Shown: positions 39,470-53,596 of the stretch, piece after piece
Numbering within the stretch: the first letter of the stretch is position 1
How the letters are laid out: each line of letters begins with the position of its first letter
NCBI RefSeq assembly: GCF_009834535.1
Contig: NC_045697.1
Coordinates: forward strand, 97,280,001 to 97,344,000
Origin: Camelus ferus
Lineage: Eukaryota
Length of the DNA stretch: 64,000 bases
Reading direction: 5' to 3'
Position numbers and translations under genes: made by a program
The notes under the pieces: generated by a model
Seen by the model: only the letters and a program-made list of their open reading frames with translations
Database searches by the model: none
Told to the model about the DNA's origin: nothing

Positions 39470-40310
39470 TATTCAGCCAGTACTCATCTAGCCTTCAGGG
39501 AGGGCCTGGAGATACAAAGATGCATCAGTGTAGGAAGAGAGAAAAACATTCATTAAAATACTTATGTAAATCAATGCATGACTATCAAAAGTGTTAAGTA
39601 CCATGAAAAAAAAGGACGTAGGGTCTTAGATCGTTCAGAGGATAGATAAGTCCTCCAGGAGGAAGTATTGCATCATCTGGTTTCAGAATGATAAATCGAC
39701 AGCTAATAAACTAAAGCGTGAGGAAGCCTTTCAGGTAGAGGACAGCATGTTTTAAGACCCTGAAGCAGGAAGAAGTGTGTTTGAAGAATCAAAATAAGGC
39801 AAATAAGTGACATTTTGCCCTGGGAACGAAGGAGCTGCATAAAATGATACTGGAGAGAGAAGCAAGGGCTAGATAATAAGGTGCATTTAGACCCTTTAAA
39901 AGGTGATGTTCTTGTACCTCAAAGTAATGATCAGCTTTTCAAAGGTTTTGAGTAGAGGAGGGATCTCATCAGATTTGGGTTGAAAAAGAATTGAGGAACT
40001 GTGGGAGAGGTTTGGAGTCAGTGGGCGTAGGGAGACAAAATTGCAAACACAGTGGGAGAAGTAAGAGATACAGGTAGTATGGATTAAGGCTAAATTCTGA
40101 GAATTTCCAACATTTAAAAGTTGGCTAGAGGAGAGTGAGCTGAACAAGCCCCTTGACAAAGAGCAGCTGAGAGGTGCAGGAGAGTCACGCTGGCCAGTGT
40201 CATGAAGCCAAGGGCAGGGTTTCAAAGAGGGAGTGGTTAATACTGCCAAGTGCAGTATAAATATCAGGTGAGGTTGGAAATAAAAAGTGCCCTTGGATTT
40301 GGGGATGTTG
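39470..40310 (-). mobile_element. LINE-2 relic
   Basis: Purine-rich antisense L2 motifs ('aaggttttgagtagaggagggatctcatcagatttgggttg', 'aagtgcccttggatttgggg'). Confidence 0.6.
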
Positions 40311-40374
40311 AACTTATTATAATTGAAAATGACTTACTCGTTTTTATTATTCCCAGGGATGTAGGCTTTGGTTC

Positions 40375-40729
40375 TGTTAAAAGATAAATTGAGGCACATT
40401 AAAAAATTTTGGTGTTTATTTAAGCAAAGATTGATTCCAGCCAGCCAGTGCCAAACTGGAAGTGGTTCATGGTGTTCCACCAACAGGAGTTAGGGCAAGG
40501 TGTTTATAGAGAAGACGCAAAAGCACAGCAAGGTAATTATTTGATTGGCTGTAGATTAAGGGGTTGCATGATTCTGGATAGCCTAGTTGGCTTTTGTGAT
40601 TGGTTGTTCTTCTCAGCCTTGAGGCTTTTACAGGAATTGACTCTGGTTTAAGTTTCAGTTTGCTCCCTCAGGGTACCACAGTATTAGAGCCACCTCAGAC
40701 TAATAACTTCCTTTTTGATTACTTTAACA
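40375..40729 (-). mobile_element. ERV1 solo LTR, MER57/MER51-like
   Basis: TGTTAAA...TTTAACA inverted termini and two CCAAT boxes (gattgg at ~40543 and ~40598). Near-match 4-bp TSD gttc/gttt. Confidence 0.8.
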
Positions 40730-40992
40730 GTTTGGCTTCTGATCTGTTTGTTTGTTTGTTCCATACTTACACTGTCCTTGTTAAACAACAATGGGATATT
40801 ATCATTGAACTTTGGAGTTGTTTACAAGGGCATTTCTTTTTCAGAAAGTTTAAAGCCTTTCAAGAAACAATGAAAATAGAAGGCATTTGGTATTAACAGA
40901 GGCAAATCAGTTTCTACTGAGAGTTTGGATTTTCCCTGTGTTTTGTCAGTTAGACAGGTTATTATTTTCAAGGATGACTAGATATTTACTAT

Positions 40993-41507
40993 TGTGGAAA
41001 GGGAATGTTGCCTGCCATTCCTGTAAATGAAGAATTTTGCCAGCCATTCCAGTTCTACAAGAATCAAGCCACCAGCCACTGTAGCCTCCCCCTGCCTTCC
41101 TCACCACAAAGGACCCTGAAGGGAATTCAGGATGCAGAAAAACAGGAAGCATTCGATGTTTTGCCTACTGGCTCTAGATAGTTAAGATGCATATCTAAGG
41201 ATAATTTCAGTGAGCCCAGACTCTTGCATCTTCCTGTACATAGAAAAGCACTAAAATCATTAACTTGAGATATCTGTTCTTTGTGACTAGCAACAATCTT
41301 TTGATTTTCAACTACGTGGGGTTTTTTTTTTTCTTTTCTTTTTTTCCCCAGCAAGAACTTCCTGTGTATCCTGGCTCCTCCCTTACCTCTTCTGAGCAGT
41401 TCCTCAGAGCTAGCTGAGAGGCTGTGTCCCAGGCTATAGTCCTCAGTATGCTCCCTGAATAAAACTTAACTCGCAAATTTTAGGTTGTGTGTTTTTCTTC
41501 AGTCACA
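40993..41507 (+). mobile_element. ERV1 solo LTR, MER41-like (cetartiodactyl type)
   Basis: TG...CA bounded, with AATAAA at 41458. Recalled motif 'agatagttaagatgcatatctaagg...ctcttgcatcttcc...agaaaagcactaaaatcattaacttgagatatctg'. Confidence 0.8.
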
Positions 41508-42979
41508 GTACTTTTTGTGTGTGATGACTCTAAAACTTTCAATATATGAAATAAGGCAACTGAAGTTTAACTCCAGAACTTTAGACTAAGGACAGTAAAC
41601 TGAGCAAAGTTGATTTGTCTCATTTATTTTCTAAGTTAACTCCCAGATTATTTTATAATTCCTGATGTGAAATGCAGTCCTATGACCAAACGGATAAATT
41701 AAATTCAAACTAATATTCATTCTTTCCCTGGGAATTCCAATCCTTAAACAATTTTATGACACTTTCACTTGATTCTATTGTTTGGTTCTAAGAAATATTA
41801 TTTTCTGAAAAGAAATCTCAATAATTCTTATCTACAGAGACTATCACTAATTTCTTTACTCTCTGAGTTAATAATTAGTCAAATTAGCAACTTTTTATGA
41901 GTCTTTTAAATCTTATGTTTCTTGTTTGTACAACTGCTTAACAAAGTGAAGGTTTTTTCCCCATTTTAACTTTCTAAAGAAAATTACCCTCCAAATCATA
42001 AGTGAATTCACATTCTCTTTGGAAAGACATTTTAATATCTGAAGTGTACTTTCAAACTTTTAAATATATTCTCATAGTCAGTTACCTTCCTATGGACAAG
42101 TAGTAGTTATTAGGATTTGTGAGCAAATAAAGGTGCAGCAAACACTGTAGTAATGGGTTTCTGAATTCAAACTAGATTGACCTTGTGTATTCTATATAAT
42201 GTCACATGTTAAAGAATAAACTGCTAAAGTAGAAAGAAAACAACAAAAAGAGAGAATATGAATTTAATCAGTTAGACATTTTAGTGCCTTGAGGAACTGA
42301 ACTGTCTCATTCTTCATGAACTGAATGATATTTATAAAAGTGCTGCTCTTTCTCTCGGTCTTGTGCTGTTTCATACCCTCATCAGCTTTTCAAGTCTTAA
42401 AGAAACTGGTGCTTTTGTTGTTGTTGATGCTGTTACTGTTCTGAAGAAGTCACTGTCACATCTTATGTGACAGACATTAACTCAAACTAACACATTCTTA
42501 CAAGTTAGTTTCTAGTTTAATGATACTTGCAAAGGACTGAGCAGAGTTCCTCTGAAGTTTGTTATAAAGCACTGAAAACTAGGAGTGATGGCATATTAAA
42601 ATCTGTCCACAGTGGAAGTATACAAATATTTATAACCATATGTTGTAGATCTAGAACCTGTATAATGAGAAATGAAATAGCAACATAATTATCAACTTAA
42701 TTATCAAGTATCAGTAAAAAGCACAATTTTGAACTATATTAAAATTGTTTGTATTGTACAAAGAGAATCGTACATGCAATCCACTTTATGATGAAAAAAA
42801 TATAACCAAAGGACAGAAATACTTGCTAAGTCAGTTGTTAAAAATGATATTTGGGATAAATTTCTTCACTTTTCTCTCTTATCCTTCCTTTCCCCACATT
42901 TTCAAATTGGGAATTTCTTAATTTATAGCTTATTTTAGGGAAGTAGAGCCTGCTGTTTCATTTACTTTTCTTTCTTTTT

Positions 42980-43680
42980 TTTCAACAAATACTGAGCATG
43001 TACTATTTGTCACGCCCTCTGCTAGGCTCTGGGTATGCAACAGGAAAGAAAACAAACATTGCCTGTACCTTCATGGCATGGCATGGCATGACTGGCACTT
43101 ACAGTCAGGTTGTATAGAAAGAACCAATCCAGTCACCTCTGAAATAAACTACACATTGTACTTTGCAGTTGTGGTAGAGGAAAGGTACCTCTGGGAATTT
43201 GATGTGACTAAGAAAGTCAGGTAATGCTGATCAACTATATTAAGGAATCTACTAAGAAGGGAGTGGAAAGCCTATATGGTAGAAGGAACGGGAGCTACAA
43301 AGGAGTAGAGTGGGCACAAGAAATCTAAGTAATTCTGCTGTGGCTGGAGCGGGAAAAAAATGACAGCAAAAATTAAGCAAGAGGAGTGATTAAACTTAGA
43401 CCACGTAGAGTCTCTCAGGCAAGGTTAAGAATGTTGCCTTTGTGTTAAGAGTAATTGCAAGGCTTTGAACTACTTTGAGCAGCTGACAGATTTTGAAAGG
43501 CTTCTGTGACTACATAGTGGAGAGTGGGTTATAAGAGTACAGATTAGGTATGGAGAAGCCAGTGGGGGTCAGTTTTATACGTTATCCAAGTGAAATATAA
43601 CAGCAACGCTAATCAGGGTGTTGGATCGCTCTTTAAGGGATATAACAGAGAGTGGTGACAGATTAGGTAGAAAAGCTTTC
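42980..43680 (-). mobile_element. LINE-2 3' region
   Basis: Starts with the antisense L2 tail 'ttcaacaaatactgagcatgtactatttgtcacgccctctgctaggctctggg'. Confidence 0.7.
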
Positions 43681-43843
43681 AGTATCAGTGATTCCATGGT
43701 TATACAGTTGTTTTTTTATTTTTTCTCTGTTATTCAGTGACATAAACAAGTCTAGCTCTCTAAGGTTGAGAGTGGGTACCTTAGCTGGATTTTCTACAAA
43801 TTGAGTTTGTTTAGCATCAGAGAAGGTTAACTGTTACCAAGAA

Positions 43844-44056
43844 CAGGGGTCAGAAAACTACAACCAAATCCAGACCACTGGCTGTTTTCATAAATGTGAT
43901 GTATTGTAACACAGCATCATTCATTCATTTTTGCATCATCTGTGGCTGCTTTTGCACAACGTTAAAGTTGAGTCATTGCAACAGACGTAATAATGGGCCG
44001 CAAAGCAGGTATGATTTTCTACCTGACCCTTTACAGAAAAAGTTTACCAAACCCTG
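43844..44056 (+). mobile_element. MER58A-like hAT-Charlie MITE
   Basis: TIRs 'caggggtcagaaaac' / 'gtttaccaaaccctg'. The right flank 'ctctagaa' fits the Charlie target consensus. Confidence 0.85.
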
Positions 44057-45779
44057 CTCTAGAAGATGGAGATGGGTTTATTTTACTTTTATTTTCCTTG
44101 ATACACACCCTATTAATGTTTGTGGCCAAAAGGGCAATTCTTCCTTCTAATCAGCCACATTAATTGGCTGGTTCGTTCATGTAAACATTAATTCTTAAAT
44201 TTCCACTACTTGCAGGCGCTAGTAGTATTTGGGATCCTGCTCCTACTTTAAGGCAACTCACAGTTGCATCCAATCAGTATGAAAGTTCTACATGATGAGG
44301 CCCATACCTTTACAAAGCAACTTTGCCCAAACAGTATTCCCCCAGAAGAAAACAAACAAGCACATGAGCTCAATTTTTTATAACTTTTAATATTTTAGAA
44401 AATTCCTGAAGCATAGCAATTTTATTTATTTGCTTTAGTATCTTTTGTGTTTCAATAGTATCACTCTTTCTCTACCTTAGGAGATAAACTGAGGCATAAA
44501 ATGTGCCCATGGTCACGCAATGACAGAACCAGAATTCTAACCCTCGTTGTGTGTTAAGAAGCTGTTGTCTTTAATCTATTTCATGTACTAGAATGACCAC
44601 TGTAGTAAAATTCTAAATAAAGTTTGAACTGCATATGAGCCTTATAACCCTGTTGCTTCATTCAGTCCAAACAATAATAATTAGAAAATATTTAAAAATC
44701 TACTACATACAGTAGAGCAACAGCTATCTCATCTCTTAGAGATAAAGATTTTTTGAAGGCCTAAACCATTAAAACTGTTTTTGAATCTTCGATAGCAAAG
44801 ACTGCTTTTTCTAAATTAAGATTTCCAAATGATTATGGAATGAAAAAATCTGCTGAGTCATTTATTGATAAAACTATTTCACTATGGCTTCGTACGTAGG
44901 CAGAAGGGTGAACTAAATGACCTTTAATGTAGTGCCTTTCAGTAAACCTTTATGAGTGCCATGCTGCGTCCCTGGGGTGCAAATGTGTATCAAACACAGG
45001 GAAAAGAGATGTGTAAATAGTATTGTTTGGGATATTTTCAGCATCATCTTCTTGTATAAACAAAACGTGTAATTACATATGATTACAAAAAAATAGCCAC
45101 TTATTCTAGAAACAACTGGAAGGAAATACACCAAAATATTAATTTGGTGAATTTTTTTCTTATTGTCTAATTTCCTTGTCTTCTAAATGCATATTGGTGA
45201 AAATTCATTGCCATTTCAATAAAAATACACCTTATATAAAAAAGCATAAAAATATTAACAGATATTTTCAAAGATTTGTGCAGATTAAATTTAATCTTCA
45301 TTGTATGTTTGTGATATTGTAGATCAATTTATAAATTATAAAGAAAATACACTTTTAAGACTAGTAACTAAAGGCAAAAAATAAATGTTAGCAGAACCCA
45401 AATCTTCTGATTTTTATCCATAGATTCAATGATACTAACTCTCCTTTATAATATAGCATAATGTTATATACTTCATTTTACTGTAAACATATAATTATTA
45501 AATAATACTCACCAGCCTGTTAGTGACAAATGGCATTGTTAAGCATATTAATGAGCATGAAAGTGTGTTCATGAAAAAGCATTGTTGTCCCTCATTTGTA
45601 TCTTAACCTAGGGTATTAAAATATGTTAGAAAGAGCACTCTCACAAAGAGGTTTAGAGTAAACTGGATCTGTTTAATTTCTCTCTTGTTATTCCCCAACA
45701 TTGTCTTAGCTTCTTCAACTTCAAAAATGAGGTTTAAATCTTTTTCCTTAATTACTAAGTATTAATTTGTATTTGTAAC

Positions 45780-45998
45780 AATAATAGGTAACTTTTGCAG
45801 AATGTTTCCTGTGAGACAGGCACCTTGCATCTATTAAAATTATCTATTTAAAGTGGGTCCTACTGTGATCTTTATTTACAGGTGAGAACATTGAGGACCA
45901 GAGTGATTCAATAACCAGGTCAAGGTCTTATTAATAGTAGGGGCAGAGCTGGGAATCAAACCCATTCTCCTATTTGAGTCAAGCTCTAAACAACTGTG
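45780..45998 (-). mobile_element. MIR SINE
   Basis: 'atttacaggtgagaacattgagg...ggcagagctgggaatcaaaccc'. Confidence 0.75.
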
Positions 45999-47789
45999 GA
46001 TGCATTCTCCTTTCCTAAGAGAAACTTGATTTGGCTTTTCATGTCAACTAATCTGCTAATACTAATACTTTGATTTCACTAACATCACCAGATTTTGATT
46101 AACTCCAGTTTCTTTTATATCAAAAAATGTCTTTAGGCTTTCAGATGCAAGGAGATTCATACTTTTAGCCAATCTTTCGCTTTTGGTTACAAGTAATTCT
46201 CTTTGACTTAGCTACAAAGGAATCCCACAAATGATTTTGTAGCAAACCTGTTATTTGTTTACTGCTAATTCAATATGAAACAAAGCAAAAAAGAAGGGAA
46301 GCTTTTTTTGTTTTTATTTTTTTTGACTTATTAATCCTCACAAAGTACATCCTGCTAGGATGCTGCAGGGTACTTTAAACCAGGTCATTTTGACTAACCA
46401 TAAATACAGCACAAACTGGATGTCCCCTCAGGCCTTTGAACTGACTTGAAGCGAAGACTGTACCTAGGTCTTGGGTTTTATCTGTGCGAGTTCCTGGAGT
46501 AGAGCCAAATTCTCAGCAGAAACGCACATTTGCAGGAATAGGACCAGCTGCAGTATCTTTGGAAACTGTGAGCGCTGGTACTTTCTAAAAGCTGAAAAAT
46601 GCAATCTCTGAACTTTAACTACTTGACTTCTCCAAAGACATGTCTTTGTCTAAACTGTTCGTTGCTGAGGGGTAGGATGGAAAAAAAATAGCTTTGGAGC
46701 TCAGCTGGTTTTACAATCCTGGTTTGCCATGTTGTGGCAAATCACTGAAGTTTTATCCTCAGTTTTGTCATACTGTAGTGGGGATTGTGTGTTCTTGGAA
46801 CAGAGAGAAATACCAAGAGTTTTATCACTGTTATGTTGAGGCTGACCACTTAGCATTACCTGCAGCCTGAAGTGTGTCCTCCTAGATATTCATTTCTTTA
46901 ATAAGGTTTAAAACTTCTTTCTCCTTCTATAGCTTTCTTTCCAGCTTTCCACCGTAGCTGTCTTTCTAATGACTGTATCATTTGGCACCATCATTGTATG
47001 GAAGCCTCATCTTTTACAGCAAATAAAGCACTCAGATTTGTAAAGCATTCATGAAATAATTTTTCCAACTTATTTAGGCTGAAGTGTTACGGCCTCAAGT
47101 ACCAAATTCCTTAAAAAAAAAGACTTGAAAGATTTTGTAGTTAAGTGCGGGGAAAGAATGTTTCCCAAGTCTCCTGAAAAGAAATGCATATAAACAGTTC
47201 GATTAGGAAAGACAAAACAGATTTGCTCTTTTAAGTATGACAGTGGGAAAAGGCATCTTGCCAGTCAGTGTCTTCTGAATCCAAGTACATTCATTGATTT
47301 TTTTCCCCCAAGATTAGCTTATCTTACTGAACTCTGCAACTATATATCCTGTTATGTCAATATGCTGCCCTGGTTTAATGGCATCATGGATGTATTCCTT
47401 TTCCTTAGGAAAGGAGGAGTAGGCTGAAGGGAGCGTTCCTTGCCCTGTGTCCGGAAACTCAGAGAGTACCATGTTCTGCTTCAGCGATGTGAACATCACT
47501 GTTAAGCATGCCTGCTTATAATTATAATACAAGTAAAAAATGACAAATACAAACTTTGGAAGAATACAAAGGAAATGAATTTGAAGTAAACTATAGAAAG
47601 CTGTCTGTTTTCTTTTTCTGGGTTCTTGAGGTTAAATCAGGTGATGAAACATGCACTCCTAAGTATCTGGGTGGAAGCCTTTCAAATTAGTTCAATAGTT
47701 TACAATCACTTAATAAGTTAAAATACCTGAATGGCTGTTGACTAGAAACATTGGCTTCCAGCTGTACTGAGTGTTCTGGTGCTAACAGA

Positions 47790-47839
47790 ACTTTCTAACA
47801 TATACAAAAGATATTCACAGCTGAAACTCTGGGACAGAG
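47790..47839. repeat. 50-bp dispersed duplicate, copy 1
   Basis: 49/50 identical to 49056-49105. Confidence 0.95.
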
Positions 47840-48319
47840 AAAAGAAGACCTTCAAAGTCTGATGAATGATATGCCAACCCAAGGCCCTTGTAGCAGCAGA
47901 CTAGCTCACACACTGAGGGATAAATCAAGGCATTAATCGGTCTTGTCAGAAAAGCAGGTGTTTTGATGGCCTTTATAGTTCATTTTCATGCAAAAGGGTT
48001 GTGGGATACAGAAATCACAGGGGATTGCAAATAAATGGCACTGACAGGATTGATCCCATTAGGCGAGGGGACCCAAATCAGCCTGTCTTTTCATATTATG
48101 AAATATACCTAATAGCAGTGCCTTCTTAAGCTCTAGTTCTACAATAGCCTATTTGTGAGCTCAGGAGTTTTCTTCTCTTGTTTTTCTTGTCTTTTGTTGT
48201 CTTTTGTTGTCTTTTCTTTTTCTTTCTTCTTTCTTTTTCTTCTTTCTGGCGGAGTGGTCTTCGTTGGAGGTAGGAGGTCGGACCTTTGCTGTTCTGTATG
48301 TGATAGGAGGCGTGGGTTC

Positions 48320-48518
<199 letters not shown>

Positions 48519-49055
48519 TATATGCCAAAAGCACTTCTTTCCTTTTCATGATAAACCATTCCAGCAGCCATAGCAGGTTTATAATGTTAAAGAACCATGG
48601 CACACATGACTTTACAAAAGGATTTTTGTTTTTTAAAGATTTTAAGACAGGATATACAAACTGTGTAATCTGGTTCCAAGAAGACAAGGCAAGAGGAGGA
48701 GGAGGAGAGGCAAATCCTCAGTCTTACTCTTACTTCAAAATTCAGTGAGAACAGAAATATTAGTAAAAAAAAAAGAAGATCCAGGAACATAACTCTCAAG
48801 ATTCTGGCTTATTAGAAATTGCCTGTCTTAAAGTGTAGTTAAATTTAGAAAAATAATATAAAACTTAGAAAATTTCAAGCAAATGTATGGTCACTGTGGC
48901 ATCTTATAGAAAGGCAATATTGATTTATTATTTTGGGATTTTGCTAGATTTGTTAAGTGAACAGTTATTGATACAGTTAAATATAAGTTGTAAAAATGGC
49001 TAAAATTACAGTTGCAAATTCTCTAGTAGATTTCATAAGTTTTCTTCTAGCATAT

Positions 49056-49105
49056 ACTTTCTAGCATATACAAAAGATATTCACAGCTGAAACTCTGGGA
49101 CAGAG
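49056..49105. repeat. 50-bp dispersed duplicate, copy 2, preceded by a 13-nt stutter
   Basis: Matches 47790-47839; 'ttctagcatatac' is also present at 49045-49057. Confidence 0.95.
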
Positions 49106-49154
49106 TAGGGTAGTAGACTTTTGGATAAATCCAAAAATGACATGTCAATTAGTT

Positions 49155-49372
49155 AATAGGCAATTACTGAGTACTTATTATGTCCTGGAAATTATTCTAA
49201 GTACTTTATATGTGCAGTACTCATAAGTGTATGTGGCAAATAACATTATCACCGTAAGGAAACATAAACACAGGGAAGATAAGTAATTTCTTCTAGGCTG
49301 GAATTTAAAAATAGTCTGACTTCTAGGCTGGAATTTAAACATGAGCCCTGATGCTCATTCTTAACACTCTTC
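49155..49372 (-). mobile_element. MIR SINE with an internal 20-bp duplication
   Basis: 'ttactgagtacttattatgtcctggaaattattctaagtacttta'; 'cttctaggctggaatttaaa' occurs at 49290 and again at 49320. Confidence 0.65.
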
Positions 49373-50569
49373 TGCCCGTAGAGAATAATACATTAGGTTC
49401 CTTGTTGTCAATACTAATATTAATATTTTAGATTATTACACTAAATATATAGGTCTTTTTAAATGCAGATTTATTTTATTAAAAAAAAAAAAAGAACAAA
49501 CTGAGATGTGAATTTCTTAGGCCAGAGTATGTTTTCCACATGATTTTACATAGAACCTTTTGTTCATAATGTAGAATAACATCTTGCTGGGGAGTTCATA
49601 CTACCTTTTCTAATAACAATTTGAAAGGTAACCTATAGTTTCCTCATTTTCCTGAGTCTTATAGAACCTAGGGTTCAGGAACGGGGAATGGCCTTGGGTA
49701 GCAAAGAAGCTGAAAGGTCGTTTGGAGAAAACATTACCTCAGCTTGCAATCTGATATAAATATTGTCTAGTCTCTGTGTTATGAAACTGGCAAGAACTAT
49801 CAGGGTAAGATTTATACACAGACTTCTAGAACTATATATTTCTAAGGGAATGAAACTGGTCACATCATCTGGCAAGTACATTAGTACCATGCAGACAATC
49901 TGCGTGAGGAGTCTGCTCAAAGTCAGGAATTTGTTTGTTGAATACAGATTCCCAGAGCAGGAGTAAAGTTGCCTAACAAAAATGTTCTGTGCCATTAGGT
50001 TAAGAATACCCCACACATCCATCATCATAAAAGGGAGATGAAATTCTTGAGTAAGAGTGATTTCTTTTTGTGTTTAGTGTTTCCTAACTGGTTCACCTTT
50101 TCTTACAAACTAAGATTAACCCCCTTTGATTGACACATTGCTTTTAGAGTTATAAATACTGCATATTCAATCATATAGCAATCACAACTTTCTGGCCTGG
50201 GTATATTTTTGTCTCATTTGGAAAGAATTCTTAGCACAAACATTCATAATTAGATCTTGAAGGCCCTCTGTTGAAATTACCTACTAGCTAAAATTAAATA
50301 TTGAATTTGAGTGTTACGTAAAGAACTTAAGAATTTGTGCCTTTTTCTGAGAAACATGATCTATAAATTGCATTATTTTTTCAGAGAATAGATGTTTCAA
50401 AATAGTAAGAAAACCTAATTTAGTAATTTTGTAAAATTCTGCTCTTACTTACTTATTATGTGTTGCTAGTGTATTATAACACCCATGAGGGCAAAAGCCA
50501 TGATCCATTAAGAGACTGCAGTTTTGTTAATATTGATTTTTTTTAACTGATGAATAAAGAGATATAAGC

Positions 50570-50710
50570 TTTTCTTTTTACTGTGATAACATATACGTAA
50601 CATTTTAATGTATTAATCATTTTTATGTGTGCCGTTCAGTGACATTAGGTACATTCACATTGTTCTGCAACCATCACCACTATCCACCTCCAAAACTTCA
50701 TCATCCCAAA
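50570..50710 (-). mobile_element. L1MB-type 3' tip
   Basis: 'cagtgacattaggtacattcacattgttctgcaaccatcaccactatccacctccaaaac'. Confidence 0.8.
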
Positions 50711-52394
50711 AATTTTTTTTTAAAAAAACACTGATAGCATTCCCAATTTTAAATATGGGAAAAATGTGACTGTGGTTTTAACAGAAATTAATCCTTTGAT
50801 TAAAAAACAAAAGTGAGAGTGTATTAATTTGAAAAGTAAGAGATTAACATAAATCTTTAATTAACGTTATTGAAAAAGTATTATCCTTCTTCTTTACTTT
50901 TAAAGTTTTAATATCCAATCTAATTGAATTATAGAATGGACTCTGATTTAAAAACAAAAATTTTTTTTTCACTAATAACAATTATTGTAGAAAATGTAAA
51001 AATACAAATAAAAGTGGAAGGAAAGGAAAATACATAAGCTTTTCTATACCATCTCAAATTGTGATTTTAGGTGATGTTGTAAAATGAAAAAATATGTTCT
51101 GTATAAAAGTTGTATCTTAACCTCTCTGGTAACCTTATATTTTATGCCAAAAATTAAAATTTATATTCATATATGTACGTTAAATTAGTTTGAAGTGCAG
51201 CATGGACACTTGGGTTGCTTTTTATCATTTATTTAACAAATATTTATTGAAACGTATGATGTGTCCTTATACTGTATTTATTGCAGAAAACATTTCCACT
51301 CTCTTTATTGTTTATAAAGCACACAAAATACACATAAAGAGAAGAGATCAAACATTAGTTTACAATCTATGATAATGAATTGAAAGCAACCCTGAAGACT
51401 TTATGGCAGCATATTTACTTCTAAATATGATTTAGAATGCTTTCACAGGATTGCATATTGATACTTTCCACAATTAATGTTGGTGAAGAACAAAATTTGA
51501 AAACTGGCTCTTCTAGATCCTGTTCCAGAGATTAGCTTTTAAGATACAAGGCTGCATAAGGAAACAACCGCGATGCTGCGACAGTTATTTTTACAGATAG
51601 GCTTTCTGCATTCACGCTGACTTCTTAACTTTGTTTTTATGTCAAAGCAAATTGATCAGGGCTGTGGGAAACACAGTTCCTAACTCTACAAATAACCTCT
51701 GTCAATAATGCACCTAGGCAAATTCAACTATAGTTTGTTTAAGTGTAGAAGAGACATACATTGATTTTTCTTCTACATTTGAGCATCCAGAGAGTAATAT
51801 ACATGTATTAAAAATATTAATATGAGTGATGATGAGTTAAAAAATCTAATGCATAACATCTATTCAGCTTGGCTTCTTAAACACATTTTTTTTTAGCAAC
51901 ATTAATAGCCAATTTCAAACTAAAAATGTCATATATTCTTAGCAGAACAATTTATTTTCGGATGGAAAGAATGATCAAGAACAGGTTAGAAACATACTTA
52001 CAAATGTTTGGCTTTCTTATGGGAAAATAAAAATCTTTTAATAAAAGCACAATTTCTCTTGGAGTACTAAAGCTTCTTAAGTAGATGATAGCGACCTTCA
52101 TCCCCCCCTACCATATGCCTGCCTCACTACCTTTTACTGCTGACTTACTGAACCAAGAACAGTTTCAAGGCCGTGTTGTGGGCCAAACAAACCCTCCAAC
52201 TTCTAGCTTTTAAACTGGGTCCAGTGATAGCCACAGATGGCAGTTTAATCAGAAACATTTAGCAGATACACCTACTAACCTGTGAAATTGAATGTTAACC
52301 ATTGCCTGCCTTGAGTTTTAACTTGGGCAAGAAAACAGAGAACAAAGAGTAATATACCCTCTGTGCTGAAAGGAGGAACCCCCAGATTTACTAC

Positions 52395-52844
52395 TGTATC
52401 AAATTCCTGTGGTAGCTGTAACAAATCATCGCACACTTGGTGGCTTACATCAACAAACACTTATTCTCCTACAGTTTTGGAAGCCAGAAGTCCTGAATCA
52501 ATGTATGGGCAAGGCTGTGATCGCTTCCAAAGACTCAAGGGAGAAAATCCTGTCTCGCTTGTGTCTTTCAGCTTCTGGTGACTCCAAGCTTTTGTTAGCT
52601 TCCAGCGGCAGAGCTCCAGCCTCTGCCTCTGCCTCCATGTGGCTTTCTTTTCTGTGCCTTCTATTCTCTGTCTTATATAAGGACACTATTGGATTTAGGA
52701 CCCACTCAAGTAAGCCAAGGTGATCTCATGTCAAAATCCTTAACTTAATGACATCTGCGAAAACCCTTCAATAAGCTTACACAGAGTTTCCAGGGGTTAG
52801 AACATAGCCATATCTTTTAACAGGGCCACAGTTCAACCCAAGCA
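52395..52844 (-). mobile_element. MaLR solo LTR, MLT1C-like
   Basis: TG...CA bounded with typical MLT1C antisense motifs; 5-bp TSD actac/actat. Confidence 0.9.
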
Positions 52845-53039
52845 ACTATTTATCACTGCTTATGCTGTTGTATTGTATGTACCACATAGAACTTTAATGA
52901 TCATGCTACATTTTCTTTTGTGATGGCTACCTACCTGTCTTCTCCAGTACAGTGGTGCACATGCAACTAAATTGTTTAATGAAAATAATACTAACTGTGA
53001 TAGTTAATAAATATGGAATTTCATTATGTGAAATGAAGT

Positions 53040-53230
53040 TGTTTTTTAACTTATTTACTCTTAACACAACTCCAGAAAGTAGATATCATTACGCCAGTTT
53101 ACAGACCAGTTCACAAAGACACAGAAATGTAAAGTGGTCAGTCGAATTTACACAGGTGAAGGAGTTGGGGTTTGAATCCAAGCAAGCTGAATTCAGGACC
53201 CTTGCTCTTTGGTTGACGTCTGTATTTTGC
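53040..53230 (-). mobile_element. MIR relic
   Basis: 'cagtttacagacc...aaatgtaaagtggtcag...ttggggtttgaatccaagcaagctga'. Confidence 0.5.
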
Positions 53231-53596
53231 AGCCTTTCATATAATTTGAAGATTATCTGGAAAAAAAATCTTATCCCTCTTTAAGAAAATTTCTTACTCA
53301 TATTTCCAAAACCCATAAAAAGTTTGAGACCACAATAATTTTAACCTTGAGAATTAACCAGTATATTTCAACTATGAATGATATTGAAAAATATTAGATT
53401 CAAGGGCGAGGAGAGTCAATTTATCACAGATGGAGAAATAAAATTTTACAAAAGCAGAGTTAATAAAATTTACTGAGTAAATTAGGAATTCTAGAGAGAG
53501 AAGTCAATCTCCCTCCTGACTTATGGGCCTATTTTCTTTCTCTTTATATGTGCTAAAATAAAACATGAAACAAATTTAAAATGAAGTTAAAGGCAA

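Noticed and set aside
42453..42473. Perfect 9-bp inverted repeat (ctgtcacat/atgtgacag), and a 10-bp one at 54677-54704
   Set aside because: Hairpins this short are expected by chance in 64 kb and are too small for a miRNA precursor.
47314..47532. 72-aa minus-strand ORF in a mildly CpG-retaining region
   Set aside because: No recognisable protein and no convincing splice sites.
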